Part shown: positions 1 to 10,238 of the stretch, one piece after another | Layout of the letters: every line of letters starts with the position of its first letter | How positions within the stretch are numbered: position 1 is the first letter of the stretch | NCBI GenBank assembly: GCA_963796685.1 | Contig: CAWCMR010000006.1 | Location: forward strand, 192,001-256,000 | Direction of reading: 5' to 3' | Source: an uncultured delta proteobacterium | GTDB lineage: Bacteria > Myxococcota_A > Polyangia > Fen-1088 | DNA length: 64,000 nucleotides | The notes under the pieces: model-generated | Database searches by the model: none | Seen by the model: only the letters and a program-made list of their open reading frames with translations | Told to the model about the DNA's origin: nothing | Program-made: the position numbers and the translations under genes

Positions 1-124
1 GCAAAGTCGTTAGAAAGCCCAGATATAGAGCACTCGATGGAATACGGTTCACTTGGTAACCCTTTCGGCCCTGTCCGGGCTTTCTCGAAGAGGCAACGAC
101 TTTACACTGACCGTTCCTGCGAAC

Positions 125-487
125 CTACTTCTTGGCCTTTTCTTTCTTTTCGGCCTTCTCCTTCTTTTCAGCCTTTGCGGGCTTGGCCTCGGCCGTCTTG
201 GCTTCGCCAGCCTTGCCCTTCTCCTCCATGGCCTTGCCACCCTTCCCCATCTTGGCGGCCTCGCCCTCCTTGGTCATCATCTCTTGGACCTTGGCTTGAG
301 CCTGTGCGAGCTGCGACTTCAGGCTTTCGATGGTCGCCCTTTGGCTCGTCGATAGCTTCTGCTCGTTGCCGAGATCGTTCTTGCATGTCTTGAGGGCCTC
401 TTGGGTCTCCTTGTCTTCGCATGCAGCGCTGGAAAGCAGAAGGGCTCCAAGGCATACCGCCACGAGTGTCTTGAATGTACGGGTCAT
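125..487 (-). CDS. Small lipoprotein with coiled coil and Lys/Glu/Ala-rich tail (120 aa)
   Basis: ATG at 487 preceded by AAAGGAGAA RBS; signal peptide MTRTFKTLVAVCLGALLLSSAAC with lipobox-like Cys; upstream sigma54 motif. Confidence 0.75.
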   Translation of the reverse strand: MTRTFKTLVAVCLGALLLSSAACEDKETQEALKTCKNDLGNEQKLSTSQRATIESLKSQLAQAQAKVQEMMTKEGEAAKMGKGGKAMEEKGKAGEAKTAEAKPAKAEKKEKAEKKEKAKK

Positions 488-550
488 GGGTTCTCCTTTG
501 CGTTCTCTGATGATGTGAAAGGTGCGCTCGTTCTGTCCGGCAGCGCTAAA

Positions 551-565
551 GCAAGCGACATGCCA
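551..565 (-). promoter_or_regulatory. Sigma54 (-24/-12) promoter for the lipoprotein gene
   Basis: Minus strand TGGCATGTCGCTTGC = GG-N10-GC, close to consensus TGGCAC-N5-TTGC. Confidence 0.7.
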
Positions 566-607
566 CGAAAACAGGAGCTTCCGCGCCAGAAAATAGCCCT
601 CTGCGCT

Positions 608-639
608 GAGGCAGTTTGTCACGCGTGGCAAGTTGCCAC
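608..639. promoter_or_regulatory. Tandem palindromic sites, candidate enhancer-binding-protein UAS
   Basis: GAGGCAGTTTGTCAC (608-622) and GTGGCAAGTTGCCAC (625-639), about 45-75 bp upstream of the -24 element; motif pair recurs at 3629-3662. Confidence 0.55.
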
Positions 640-784
640 GAGGGAGCAATCCAGGCGATCAACGGGTTTGCCGAGATCAGTGTGTTTGCCGGCCCGATTG
701 CCTTTCCTCGCGCGGCACGGGGATTGCTGAATGGCTGCGTGCCCACAGCCGGAGTCGTGTTAATCCGCGCTAGACTCGAACCCT

Positions 785-2267
785 ATGAAACTCGCGGCCA
801 AACTGACAGCCTTCATCCTGACCGCCATGCTGCTGGTGTTCGCTGTGCGCGGCTACCAGGCCGCGCGCGCCCAGATGGCGGTCGCGGAACGGCGTTCGCG
901 CGAGAATGCCCTGCTGATCGGGCGTGCATTGCGGCCGGCCTTGGTGGAGATCTGGGGCGGGGAGGGCCCTACCACGGCGCTGGAGATGCTTTCGTACGCG
1001 GCGGATCGCGTGCGACGGACCCAGCAGCTGGAATTGCGTTTCGTGCACTTGACCGATGGGCCCGGGATGGGGTCGCATCCGCTCGTCCATCTCGATCGTC
1101 TTGCTGGCCTCGGCCCCGACGAGGAACGATCCTTCGTGGAGAAGGTCGCAGGGAACGAAACCCTGCTTACGTACTTGCCCGTGAGGGTCAAGGGCGAGAC
1201 GGTTGGCGCCCTGGAGGTCGCCGGATCTCTCACCGAGCGCGACAAGGAGTTCCGCGCCGAAATCATGCAAATCCTGGGACGCACGGCCTTGGCAGCACTT
1301 GGCGCCTTCGTGGCGGTGGGGGTGGCCGGGGTTCTGCTTGTCGGCCGGCCCATGCGCCGTTTGGTGGCCAAGGCCCGGCGCATTGGTGCCGGTGACCTGA
1401 CGGGGCCGCTCGACCTGAAGCAACGAGACGAGGTGGGCGAGCTGGCCTTGGAAATCAATCAGATGTGCGAGCGCTTGGCTGCAGCTCAGGCACGGGTGGA
1501 AGAAGAAACCACCCGCCGGCTGGTCGAGTCCGAGCAACTCCGCCATGCGGATCGCCTGACGACGGTGGGCAAGCTGGCCTCGGGCGTGGCCCACGAGCTG
1601 GGCACGCCGCTGAACGTGGTCTCGGGGCGAGCCAAGATGATCGTTCGCGGGCAGGTTACCGGCGCCGCGGTGGTGGAAAACGCGCAAGCCATCGCCGATC
1701 AAGCGGAGCGGATGACCAACATCATCAAGCAATTGCTGGGCTTCGCGCGCCGGAGACAGCCCCAGCACAGAAAGGAGAGCCTGCGCGGGGTGGTCGAACG
1801 GACGTTGGCGCTGCTTGGGCCTATGGCCGAGAAGTCCCAGGTCGCCTTCGTGCCCAGCCACGGCGAGCCGGAGCCCTTCGCGGACATCGACGTTTCCCTG
1901 ATCGAGCAGGCTCTCACCAACCTGGTGGTGAACGCCATACAAGCGATGCCCATGGGCGGCTCGCTCACGGTTCGCTCGTGCGAAGAGGTCGTTTCGCCGC
2001 CCGCGGGGGCGCCCGATTCATCCACCGGCAGCTACGCATGCCTGCACGTCGAGGACACGGGAATGGGGATGACCAGCGAGCAACTTCGTCACGCGTTCGA
2101 GCCCTTCTTCACCACCAAGGATGTGGGAAGCGGTACCGGCCTCGGGCTGTCGGTCGCCCACGGCATCGTACGCGATCACGGGGGCTGGATCGCCGCCACC
2201 AGCACGCTGGACAAAGGAAGTCGATTCTCCATCTATCTGCCCTCGGTCCACAAAGCGGAGGGAACCC

Positions 2268-2275
<8 letters not shown>
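785..2275 (+). CDS. Membrane sensor histidine kinase (2 TM, HAMP, HisKA, HATPase)
   Basis: H-box GVAHELGTPLN, N-box NLVVNA, G1 DTGMG, F-box FEPFFTTK, G2 GTGLGL. Confidence 0.95.
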
Positions 2276-3628
<1,353 letters not shown>

Positions 3629-3629
<1 letters not shown>

Positions 3630-3662
3630 TGGCAATCCGCCACGCGCGGGGCAATCGGCCAC
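3629..3662. promoter_or_regulatory. Tandem candidate UAS sites
   Basis: GTGGCAATCCGCCAC (3629-3643) and GGGGCAATCGGCCAC (3648-3662); same motif and similar spacing to a sigma54 motif as at 608-639. Confidence 0.5.
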
Positions 3663-3707
3663 GGGGCATGGGCGAACGGCTTGGCGCCGAACTGGGGATA
3701 TCGGCGC

Positions 3708-3723
3708 GGGCACGCGGGATGCA
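3708..3723 (+). promoter_or_regulatory. Sigma54-like promoter
   Basis: GGGCACGCGGGATGCA, GG-N10-GC, about 23 bp before ATG 3746. Confidence 0.5.
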
Positions 3724-3745
3724 GACGTGCCCCGCCAGGAAGTCG

Positions 3746-4220
3746 ATGTCCGACGCACCAGATTCGAAAGCCGAGGCGGACGTCCTCGGCTCACCGGGAA
3801 CAGCTGCACGAGAACCTCGCACGCGCCGGAGGCGCATCCTGCTGGCCGAGGACGATGCCGCCTTCTGTACGTTGCTACAAGAGGCCTTCGTGCGCGACGG
3901 TTATGATGTGGTCGCGGTGAGGGACGGAACGGAGTTGCTCGAACGACTCGGCGGTCTGTCGCCCGCGAGCTCGGCTGTGGAGACCTTCGACGTCGTGGTG
4001 TCCGACGTTCGCATGCCGGGATGGACGGGCCTGAACGTCCTCGTGACCGTGGGTCGCTTGGAGAAGCTCGCCGCCTCCGGTTGTGCTCATCACCGCCTTC
4101 GGCGACGAGCGGCTGCACGAACAGGCCATGCGGGCAGGGGCCATCGCGGTGCTCGACAAACCTTTCGAAATCGACGATCTGCGCGCCATCGTCAACCGCC
4201 TGTGGACCCTCGAGGACTAG
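3746..4220 (+). pseudogene. Single-domain response regulator with a +1 frameshift near 4060-4070 (pseudogene or read error)
   Basis: Frame A gives ILLAEDD...FDVVVSDVRMPGWTGL; frame B from 4071 gives PPVVLITAFGDERLHEQAMRAGAIAVLDKPFEIDDLRAIVNRL*; together one complete REC domain. Confidence 0.85.
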
Positions 4221-4244
4221 TCGTTGTGGCCGCCAGGCCGGCTT

Positions 4245-4727
4245 TCACGAAAGCACCTGCTCGACGAGCTCGAGCAGGTAGTCGATCTCGAACGGCTTGT
4301 CGAGCAGGGTCACGGCACCCAATTCGCGCGCGCGCTTGTGGGTGTCCTGGTCCCCGAAGGCGGTGAAAAGGATGAAGGGCGGCATGCCCGGCGTCCGTCC
4401 GAGCTTTGCCAGCGCTTCCAGCCCTGGCCACCCGGGCATGCGCAGATCCGTGAGCACCATATCGAACGGCGCGAAGGTTCCATCCGGGCTCAGCGAATCT
4501 CCCAGGATGTCGATCAAGTCCACGCCGTTGGACACCGCGACGACCTGGTACCCATCCTTGCGCAGCACCGACGAGAGCAGAAATCGAAATGGACCATCGT
4601 CCTCGGCGAGCAGCAGGCGCTGAGCGCCCGGGTGGATGTCGAGCTTCGCGTCGGGCATGATCCGGGCGGCGTATTCCACACCCGAGTCCTCTTGTTGGAG
4701 AGTTGGCATGTCATGAATCACCTGCAT
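4245..4727 (-). CDS. Single-domain response regulator (REC)
   Basis: LLLAEDD, DLRMPGWPGL, FTAFG, LDKPF; start uncertain (4727 or 4709). Confidence 0.9.
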   Translation of the reverse strand: MQVIHDMPTLQQEDSGVEYAARIMPDAKLDIHPGAQRLLLAEDDGPFRFLLSSVLRKDGYQVVAVSNGVDLIDILGDSLSPDGTFAPFDMVLTDLRMPGWPGLEALAKLGRTPGMPPFILFTAFGDQDTHKRARELGAVTLLDKPFEIDYLLELVEQVLS

Positions 4728-4762
4728 GAAGGATGCCTAAGACCAATCGAGGGCCCGTGGTG

Positions 4763-5047
4763 CTAGAGATTTTCGAAGGTCTTGACGAGCTCCGGCAGAA
4801 AGCTCCGACGGATTTCGATCAGGCTCTTCTGACTTGCCTTTGGAATTGCGCTCACCAGAAATCCATCGGGACGTTGCAGGTCGCCTTCGACCTGATCGTC
4901 CTCGAAATCGTAGTGGGTGGGCGCCGGGGCCGCCGCTTCTTCTTGACCGGAATTGGTCGTGGTGGTCTTTGCAGTCGTGGTGGTATTTGCGAGTGCTGGG
5001 ACCGCCAATCCCATGCTCAGCAGTAGAGCAATGGCAAATTTCTTCAT
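4763..5047 (-). CDS. cglF: CglF/GltF-like small secreted gliding-motility family protein
   Basis: Signal peptide, GGAGG RBS, motif YDFEDDQVEGDLQRPDG...SLIEIRRSFLPELVKT recognised as the CglF/GltF pattern. Confidence 0.7.
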   Translation of the reverse strand: MKKFAIALLLSMGLAVPALANTTTTAKTTTTNSGQEEAAAPAPTHYDFEDDQVEGDLQRPDGFLVSAIPKASQKSLIEIRRSFLPELVKTFENL

Positions 5048-5105
5048 GGCTTACCTCCTGGTGTCGGCTTGCGACAGGGTGGTCGAAGCCGTCATCCCCG
5101 AAGGG

Positions 5106-5121
5106 TGCATTTGCGATGCCA
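5106..5121 (-). promoter_or_regulatory. Sigma54 promoter for the cglF-like gene
   Basis: Minus strand TGGCATCGCAAATGCA (GG-N10-GC). Confidence 0.65.
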
Positions 5122-5177
5122 AGAACGGGAACGGACGCCCGGCGTCGGCAGAGCGCGCCGAAGCGCAAGGCCGTGCC

Positions 5178-5193
5178 TGGCATCGCGCATGCA
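5178..5193 (+). promoter_or_regulatory. Sigma54 promoter for receiver gene 5223
   Basis: TGGCATCGCGCATGCA (GG-N10-GC), divergent from and 14/16 identical to 5106-5121. Confidence 0.65.
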
Positions 5194-5222
5194 GCTCTAC
5201 TTTGGCCGAAGGAGATGTTGCC

Positions 5223-5690
5223 ATGCACCTAAGCGTGGAACCAAGCGAATCGACTGGCAGGCGAGCTTCGACCAAGGCCAGCGTGCATGCGCCAAGACGC
5301 CCGCGCGTCCTCGTCGCCGAGGACGAGTGGACCTTTCGAGCCATGCTGTTGTGGGCCTTCGAGGTGGAGGGCTACCGGGTCCTCGGGGTGGCCGATGGGC
5401 GCAAGCTGCTCGAGGTGCTGGCCTCCTCGATGCTGACCACCACCGGGCTCGATCCGTTCGATATGGTCGTCTCGGACATCAGGATGCCTGGGTGGAGCGG
5501 CCTTCCCGCGCTGGAGGAGCTGTGTCGCAGTCCGCTCGTGCCCCCGGTCGTCGTCATCACCGCCTTCGGCAGCGATGACCTTCACCATCGCGTCCAAGAG
5601 GCAGGCGCGGCCGCGGTCCTGGACAAGCCGTTCGACTTGGCCGACCTGACCGCGCTCGTGCGCCGTTTGATGGCCGTGCGCTCCGCTTGA
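5223..5690 (+). CDS. Single-domain response regulator (REC)
   Basis: GGAG RBS; VLVAEDE, FDMVVSDIRMPGWSGL, ITAFG, LDKPF. Confidence 0.9.
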   Translation: MHLSVEPSESTGRRASTKASVHAPRRPRVLVAEDEWTFRAMLLWAFEVEGYRVLGVADGRKLLEVLASSMLTTTGLDPFDMVVSDIRMPGWSGLPALEELCRSPLVPPVVVITAFGSDDLHHRVQEAGAAAVLDKPFDLADLTALVRRLMAVRSA

Positions 5691-5773
5691 GATATCGTCC
5701 CCGAGTCGCAGGCCAGGGAGCTGGCCACGGGCTTGACCGTCGGTGCACCAGCTCCTGGCTCGCGTCGATCGCG

Positions 5774-6853
5774 CTAAGGCGAGGGTAGAATGAGCGCACC
5801 GGAGGCGGTGGCGCTGCCCACCGGGAAATTCCCAACCAGGCTGAGGAAATCACCGCTCCGCTTGCTGCGTGCGTAGCTGAGCAGCACCGGCGCCCCACTG
5901 CTCATGCCGAGAACCCCCACCCATCCATCCATCATGTCGATGTCGAAGACCGTGTCCCCTGAAATGCTGGCCGCCGCGCCGGTGTAGCTGGTGAAGGCAT
6001 TCGGACCAAGGTGCCCGCACGAGATCGTCATGCTGCCAGGGTTGGTGATGCAGGCTTCGTTGTCCTCATTGGCAGCCCAGCAGGCCGCGACTTCCTTGGT
6101 TGGAACAACCTGGATCACATCGAGGCCACTGACGACGGGAACGGCCGACTGGTTGGCATTGCTGGCCAAGTGCGCGATGGGTGCCACGACCAGATCCCCG
6201 ACCGCCGTGATGCCGACAATCACGCCGGCGGGAACGCCGGCAACCGGCGTGGCGCTGCCCTGAATATTGCCGTCTCTTCCAAGCGAAAAGGCTTCGAGCG
6301 AGCCGCTCTTTTCCGAGACGTAGGCATACCCGTCGGCAAGCACGACCTGGGCCGCCAATCCGTCCGCTACCAGCAGTGGCTGGGTGCTTGCGGCCATCAC
6401 CTCGCCTTTCCGGAAGAAGAGCAGGCGCGTGCCCGTCAGCACGTAGGCGCCTCGCTCGCTCAGTGCCCCGGAGAGCGAGCCCTCGCCATCGGTCTGAAGC
6501 ATGGCGGGCGACCTCAACTGTCCTCCGGCCAGCTCGAAGAGCACTGCGCCCTGCGACTGGTTCGTCACGAGCACGTGCCGTTCATCGCGGACCAGGCTTC
6601 CCGCAATGCCTCCAGGGGAAGCCATCGTGGCCCCGACCGCGACAGATTGCGTGGTTGCGCCGGTCACGGTGTTCTTGCAAAGGACGGACCCCGGCTGTCC
6701 AACGCCCGAAGAGGCCAGCGTACAGAGCTGATCCCCCCTTGCGCCGTTTCCCGACGGGTGATCGGCCAGTGCTTGGCTGCTGGCCGTCATGACGAGCAAG
6801 CCCAGTACGACGACACAGGATTGCCAGGTATGACTTGGCATACGACTTTTCAT
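5774..6853 (-). CDS. Secreted hypothetical protein, probable beta-propeller
   Basis: Signal peptide ending ALA-D; repeated beta-rich segments (HVLVTN, AYVLTG, YAYVSE); AAGGA RBS. Confidence 0.7.
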   Translation of the reverse strand: MKSRMPSHTWQSCVVVLGLLVMTASSQALADHPSGNGARGDQLCTLASSGVGQPGSVLCKNTVTGATTQSVAVGATMASPGGIAGSLVRDERHVLVTNQSQGAVLFELAGGQLRSPAMLQTDGEGSLSGALSERGAYVLTGTRLLFFRKGEVMAASTQPLLVADGLAAQVVLADGYAYVSEKSGSLEAFSLGRDGNIQGSATPVAGVPAGVIVGITAVGDLVVAPIAHLASNANQSAVPVVSGLDVIQVVPTKEVAACWAANEDNEACITNPGSMTISCGHLGPNAFTSYTGAAASISGDTVFDIDMMDGWVGVLGMSSGAPVLLSYARSKRSGDFLSLVGNFPVGSATASGALILPSP

Positions 6854-6958
6854 GGCTCACGTTCCTTTCTTGTTCGCGCGGTCCCCCAAACCTCTGGGCG
6901 GATACCGCGATTTCCTCCGCTTACGAAGCTCGTCGGGAACGGTTACTTGGAAAAATCT

Positions 6959-6974
6959 TGCATCTTACGCGCCA
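6959..6974 (-). promoter_or_regulatory. Sigma54-like promoter for gene 5774-6853
   Basis: Minus strand TGGCGCGTAAGATGCA (GG-N10-GC). Confidence 0.5.
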
Positions 6975-7223
6975 TGGCAATCGGGGAGGAGAGCCGTCGA
7001 TGCGCCGAAAGAGAAGGCCAGTGTCCTGTTCGGCTTCAAATACGGCTACGTTCGACGCGCCATCGAGCCATCGTCGACCAAGTCGACCTGCTCGGAGGGG
7101 ATAAGCAATTTTGGCACCACATTACTTGTTCTCTGGATTCCCGTAACAGAACCGTCGCGGAGTGTTGACGATCCGCTCACGAGAACTTCCGTATGGTGAC
7201 CCCGCCCACTGAAGGAGATCACC

Positions 7224-10178
7224 ATGTTGCTCGATCGTCGCAGACTCTCTCGAACGCAATTGCTCCCCCTCGGAGCCCTAGCAACCCTTGCCGTCTTTGC
7301 CGTCTTCACTGGCTGTGGCCAGCACGAAGACCCTGCTGCCGGCTCCGGCGGCGCGGACTTGACCGTCAAGACGCTGCTGAGCACCGCTAACGTCACCGCC
7401 GTAACCGCCACGATTTCCGGCCCCGCCCTCTCCACGCCCCGCTCCGTCGCGCTTTCTTCGAGCACCACCGGAACCTGGGGCGCTCTCATCGGCGCGCTTC
7501 CAGCCGGCACCGGCTACGTCTTCAACGTCAGCGCCACCGACGTGAGCAGCGCCATACAGTACGCCGGCGTCGCCTCCAACGTCACCATCGTCCCGAATGT
7601 GGTGACCAGTGTCGTCATCACGGCCCAGCAGGCCGCGGCGCCGACGCCTTTCCAGAACTCGCTCCCCGTGATCGACGCGTTCGTCCTCTCGTCGAGCAAC
7701 GTCGCTCCGGGCGCCACCATCACCGCCGCGGTCACGGCCCACGATCCGGACGCTGGCGACACCCTCACGTACGCCTGGACGGTCAGTCCCAAGGGGAGTG
7801 TCTTCTCGGCCCCGACCGCCGCGACCACCAACTGGACCGCGCCCACCACGGCCGGCGCGTACACGCTCACCATCGCCGTCACCGATAACCACGGCGGGAC
7901 CGCCTCGGCCTCGGTCGTGGTGAACGTCTCGACCGGTAACGGCGTGGGCCAAGCCTCCCTCTCCGTCAACCTCAACACCTGGCCGGTGGTGACCAACATG
8001 GTCGCGGCTCCGAGCTACCTCGTCCTTGGCAAGCCGACCAAGCTGACCGCGGTTACCAGCGATGCGGACGGCGACCCTCTGACCTACGCCTGGACCAGCA
8101 CCTGCGCCGCCGGCTCGTTCAGCGCCGCCATGGCCCCCGTCACCACCTTCACCTTGCCCGCTGGCGACCCCGACACCAGCTGCTCGTTCAGCGTCGCCGT
8201 CAGCGACGGCCGTGGTGGCTCGACCACCGGTCAGGCCACCCTGCCCGTCGGCGCTCCTACTGCGGTCAGCTCTCCAGTCTTCACGGGCAGCTCGCAATCG
8301 CCCAACGTCGTGACCCCTGGCATGAGCGTGACCTTCCAGGTCACCGCCTCGGATCCGCAATCGAGCGCTCTCACCTTCACCTGGATTGCTCTTACGGGCA
8401 CCGTCTCGGGCCAGACCAACACTGCCAATTCGTCGCAGATCACCTGGACCGCCCCGGCCGGGACCTCGTCTAGCTCCACGGTATCCGCCGTGGCGACCGA
8501 TGCCCTCGGCCTGACCGTTGAGCTCGACTTCGCGGTCACGGCTTGCGCGGCCGCATTGAAGTGGCCCTACCTCATCTACCCCGGCCAGAACTCGACGATG
8601 CAGGTGCTCTGGCAGGACAACAACGCCGGCGAGTCGAATAGCGTTCGCTGGGGTACCGACACGAGCTACGGCCTCGGCAGCGCGGTCGCGCCCGAGTTCG
8701 GCGACAAGCAGCACTCGTACACCATCACCGGGCTGCAGCCGGACACGAAGTACTACTACCAGGTGACCGACACGTCCGTCCCGGCCTGCGTCTACGGCCA
8801 GGGCTCGTTCATCACCGCGCCGCTGGCCGACGCGACGTCCATCCGCTTCATCGGCCAGGGCGACTCTCGCAGCCAGCCGTTCGCGCTCGACAACCTGATG
8901 CAGGCGCTCACCCAGTTCACCTCCCAGCCCGAAAACGCGGACTACCAGCGCTTCGCCATCCACAACGGCGACTGGGTCAGCACCGACGGCGAGAGCTACT
9001 GGACGAGCCAATGGTTCGATCCCACCAAGAAGGACATCGTCGCGTACACGGCCAATACGCCCATCGACGGCGTCAAGGGCAACCACGACAACGCTTCGGG
9101 CTACAGCACCACTTTCCCGAAGTACTTCCCCTTCCCGTACCCGAACGCGACGCTCAAGGCTGGGACCGGGACCGGGACCAGCACTCCGGCCGCGTACAAC
9201 AACCTCTACTGGTCCATGGACTACGGCCCGGTCCACCTCACCTACGTCGACGAGTACTCGAGCTTTGCGCCTGGTTCGCAGCAGTACACCTGGCTCACGA
9301 ACGACCTCGCCACCACCACCAAGCCTTGGAAGATCCTCGTCTATCACGAGCCGGCGTACTCCGCGGGCTCGGACGGCGACAACACCTCCGCCCAAACCTA
9401 CCTCGAGCCGCTCATCACCCAGTATGGCGTGGACCTCGTCTTCGCCGGTCACAGCCACAACTACGCTCGTACCGGTGCCTATAACCTGACCCAGGCCCAG
9501 GGCGACCACATCGCCCTCAACGTCCCGCACATCACCAGCGGCGGCGGCGGCGCGCCGGTCTATCAGCCCGACATGACCAACACCCACAGCAAGTACCCGC
9601 ACGTCATCACGGCCTGGCCTGCCTTCGAGTTCGTGACCTTCGACGTGAAGCCGACCACGCTCACCATGACCGCCTACCAGGTCAACAACGTGAGCTTGAC
9701 GGCCATCATGACGCCGGCCGCGCTGACCCTCTCGAAGATCGAGACCATCGTGCTCAATCACTTCAGCAACGTCACGCCGCAGTTCACCGCGACGACGAGC
9801 GCGTTCGTGCAGGATCCGACGACCGGTCACTACATGGGCAACCTGACCCTCACCAACAATGGTACGGATGTTGCCGGAACCGTCGACGTCGTGCTGGACG
9901 GCATCCTGAACCTCGCCGGGATTGGCAATGCAGACAACGAGTACAGCACCGCGAGCCCGCCGCTCGCTTCGAAGATCGCCCAGAACACCGGTTTGGCGAC
10001 GACCGTCACGGTGGTCGGTGCGACCGGCTCTAACAACGGCGAGCCGATGATCCGGGCCACCAGCAGCGGCGTCCTGGCCAGCGGCCAGATCGTCGTTCCG
10101 CTGGAGCTCGACATGGGTACCGGTGGCATCGATCCGAACGCCACCAGCTTCTTCACCCCAGTGGTCCTGAAGGAGTAA
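7224..10178 (+). CDS. Large lipoprotein: Ig/PKD-like repeats + FN3-like domain + purple-acid-phosphatase-type metallophosphoesterase
   Basis: AAGGAG RBS, lipobox FTGC, three D(P/A)..D.LTY/FxW Ig repeats, LQPDTKYYYQV, metal-ligand motifs GDSR, NGD, GNHD, HEP, GHSH. Confidence 0.88.
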   Translation: MLLDRRRLSRTQLLPLGALATLAVFAVFTGCGQHEDPAAGSGGADLTVKTLLSTANVTAVTATISGPALSTPRSVALSSSTTGTWGALIGALPAGTGYVFNVSATDVSSAIQYAGVASNVTIVPNVVTSVVITAQQAAAPTPFQNSLPVIDAFVLSSSNVAPGATITAAVTAHDPDAGDTLTYAWTVSPKGSVFSAPTAATTNWTAPTTAGAYTLTIAVTDNHGGTASASVVVNVSTGNGVGQASLSVNLNTWPVVTNMVAAPSYLVLGKPTKLTAVTSDADGDPLTYAWTSTCAAGSFSAAMAPVTTFTLPAGDPDTSCSFSVAVSDGRGGSTTGQATLPVGAPTAVSSPVFTGSSQSPNVVTPGMSVTFQVTASDPQSSALTFTWIALTGTVSGQTNTANSSQITWTAPAGTSSSSTVSAVATDALGLTVELDFAVTACAAALKWPYLIYPGQNSTMQVLWQDNNAGESNSVRWGTDTSYGLGSAVAPEFGDKQHSYTITGLQPDTKYYYQVTDTSVPACVYGQGSFITAPLADATSIRFIGQGDSRSQPFALDNLMQALTQFTSQPENADYQRFAIHNGDWVSTDGESYWTSQWFDPTKKDIVAYTANTPIDGVKGNHDNASGYSTTFPKYFPFPYPNATLKAGTGTGTSTPAAYNNLYWSMDYGPVHLTYVDEYSSFAPGSQQYTWLTNDLATTTKPWKILVYHEPAYSAGSDGDNTSAQTYLEPLITQYGVDLVFAGHSHNYARTGAYNLTQAQGDHIALNVPHITSGGGGAPVYQPDMTNTHSKYPHVITAWPAFEFVTFDVKPTTLTMTAYQVNNVSLTAIMTPAALTLSKIETIVLNHFSNVTPQFTATTSAFVQDPTTGHYMGNLTLTNNGTDVAGTVDVVLDGILNLAGIGNADNEYSTASPPLASKIAQNTGLATTVTVVGATGSNNGEPMIRATSSGVLASGQIVVPLELDMGTGGIDPNATSFFTPVVLKE

Positions 10179-10188
10179 GTTCGCTAAC

Positions 10189-10228
10189 GGGACGACGGGG
10201 GCCTTCGGGCCCCCGTTTCCCATTTTTT
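10189..10228 (+). terminator. Rho-independent terminator or stabilising hairpin
   Basis: ACGGGGGCC-TTCG-GGCCCCCGT followed by TTCCCATTTTTT. Confidence 0.75.
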
Positions 10229-10238
10229 GTGATTGGAA

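Noticed and set aside
6854-7223. Riboswitch in long intergenic regions (also 52728-52959)
   Set aside because: No recognisable c-di-GMP, cobalamin, TPP or SAM consensus by eye; an Rfam scan would be needed.
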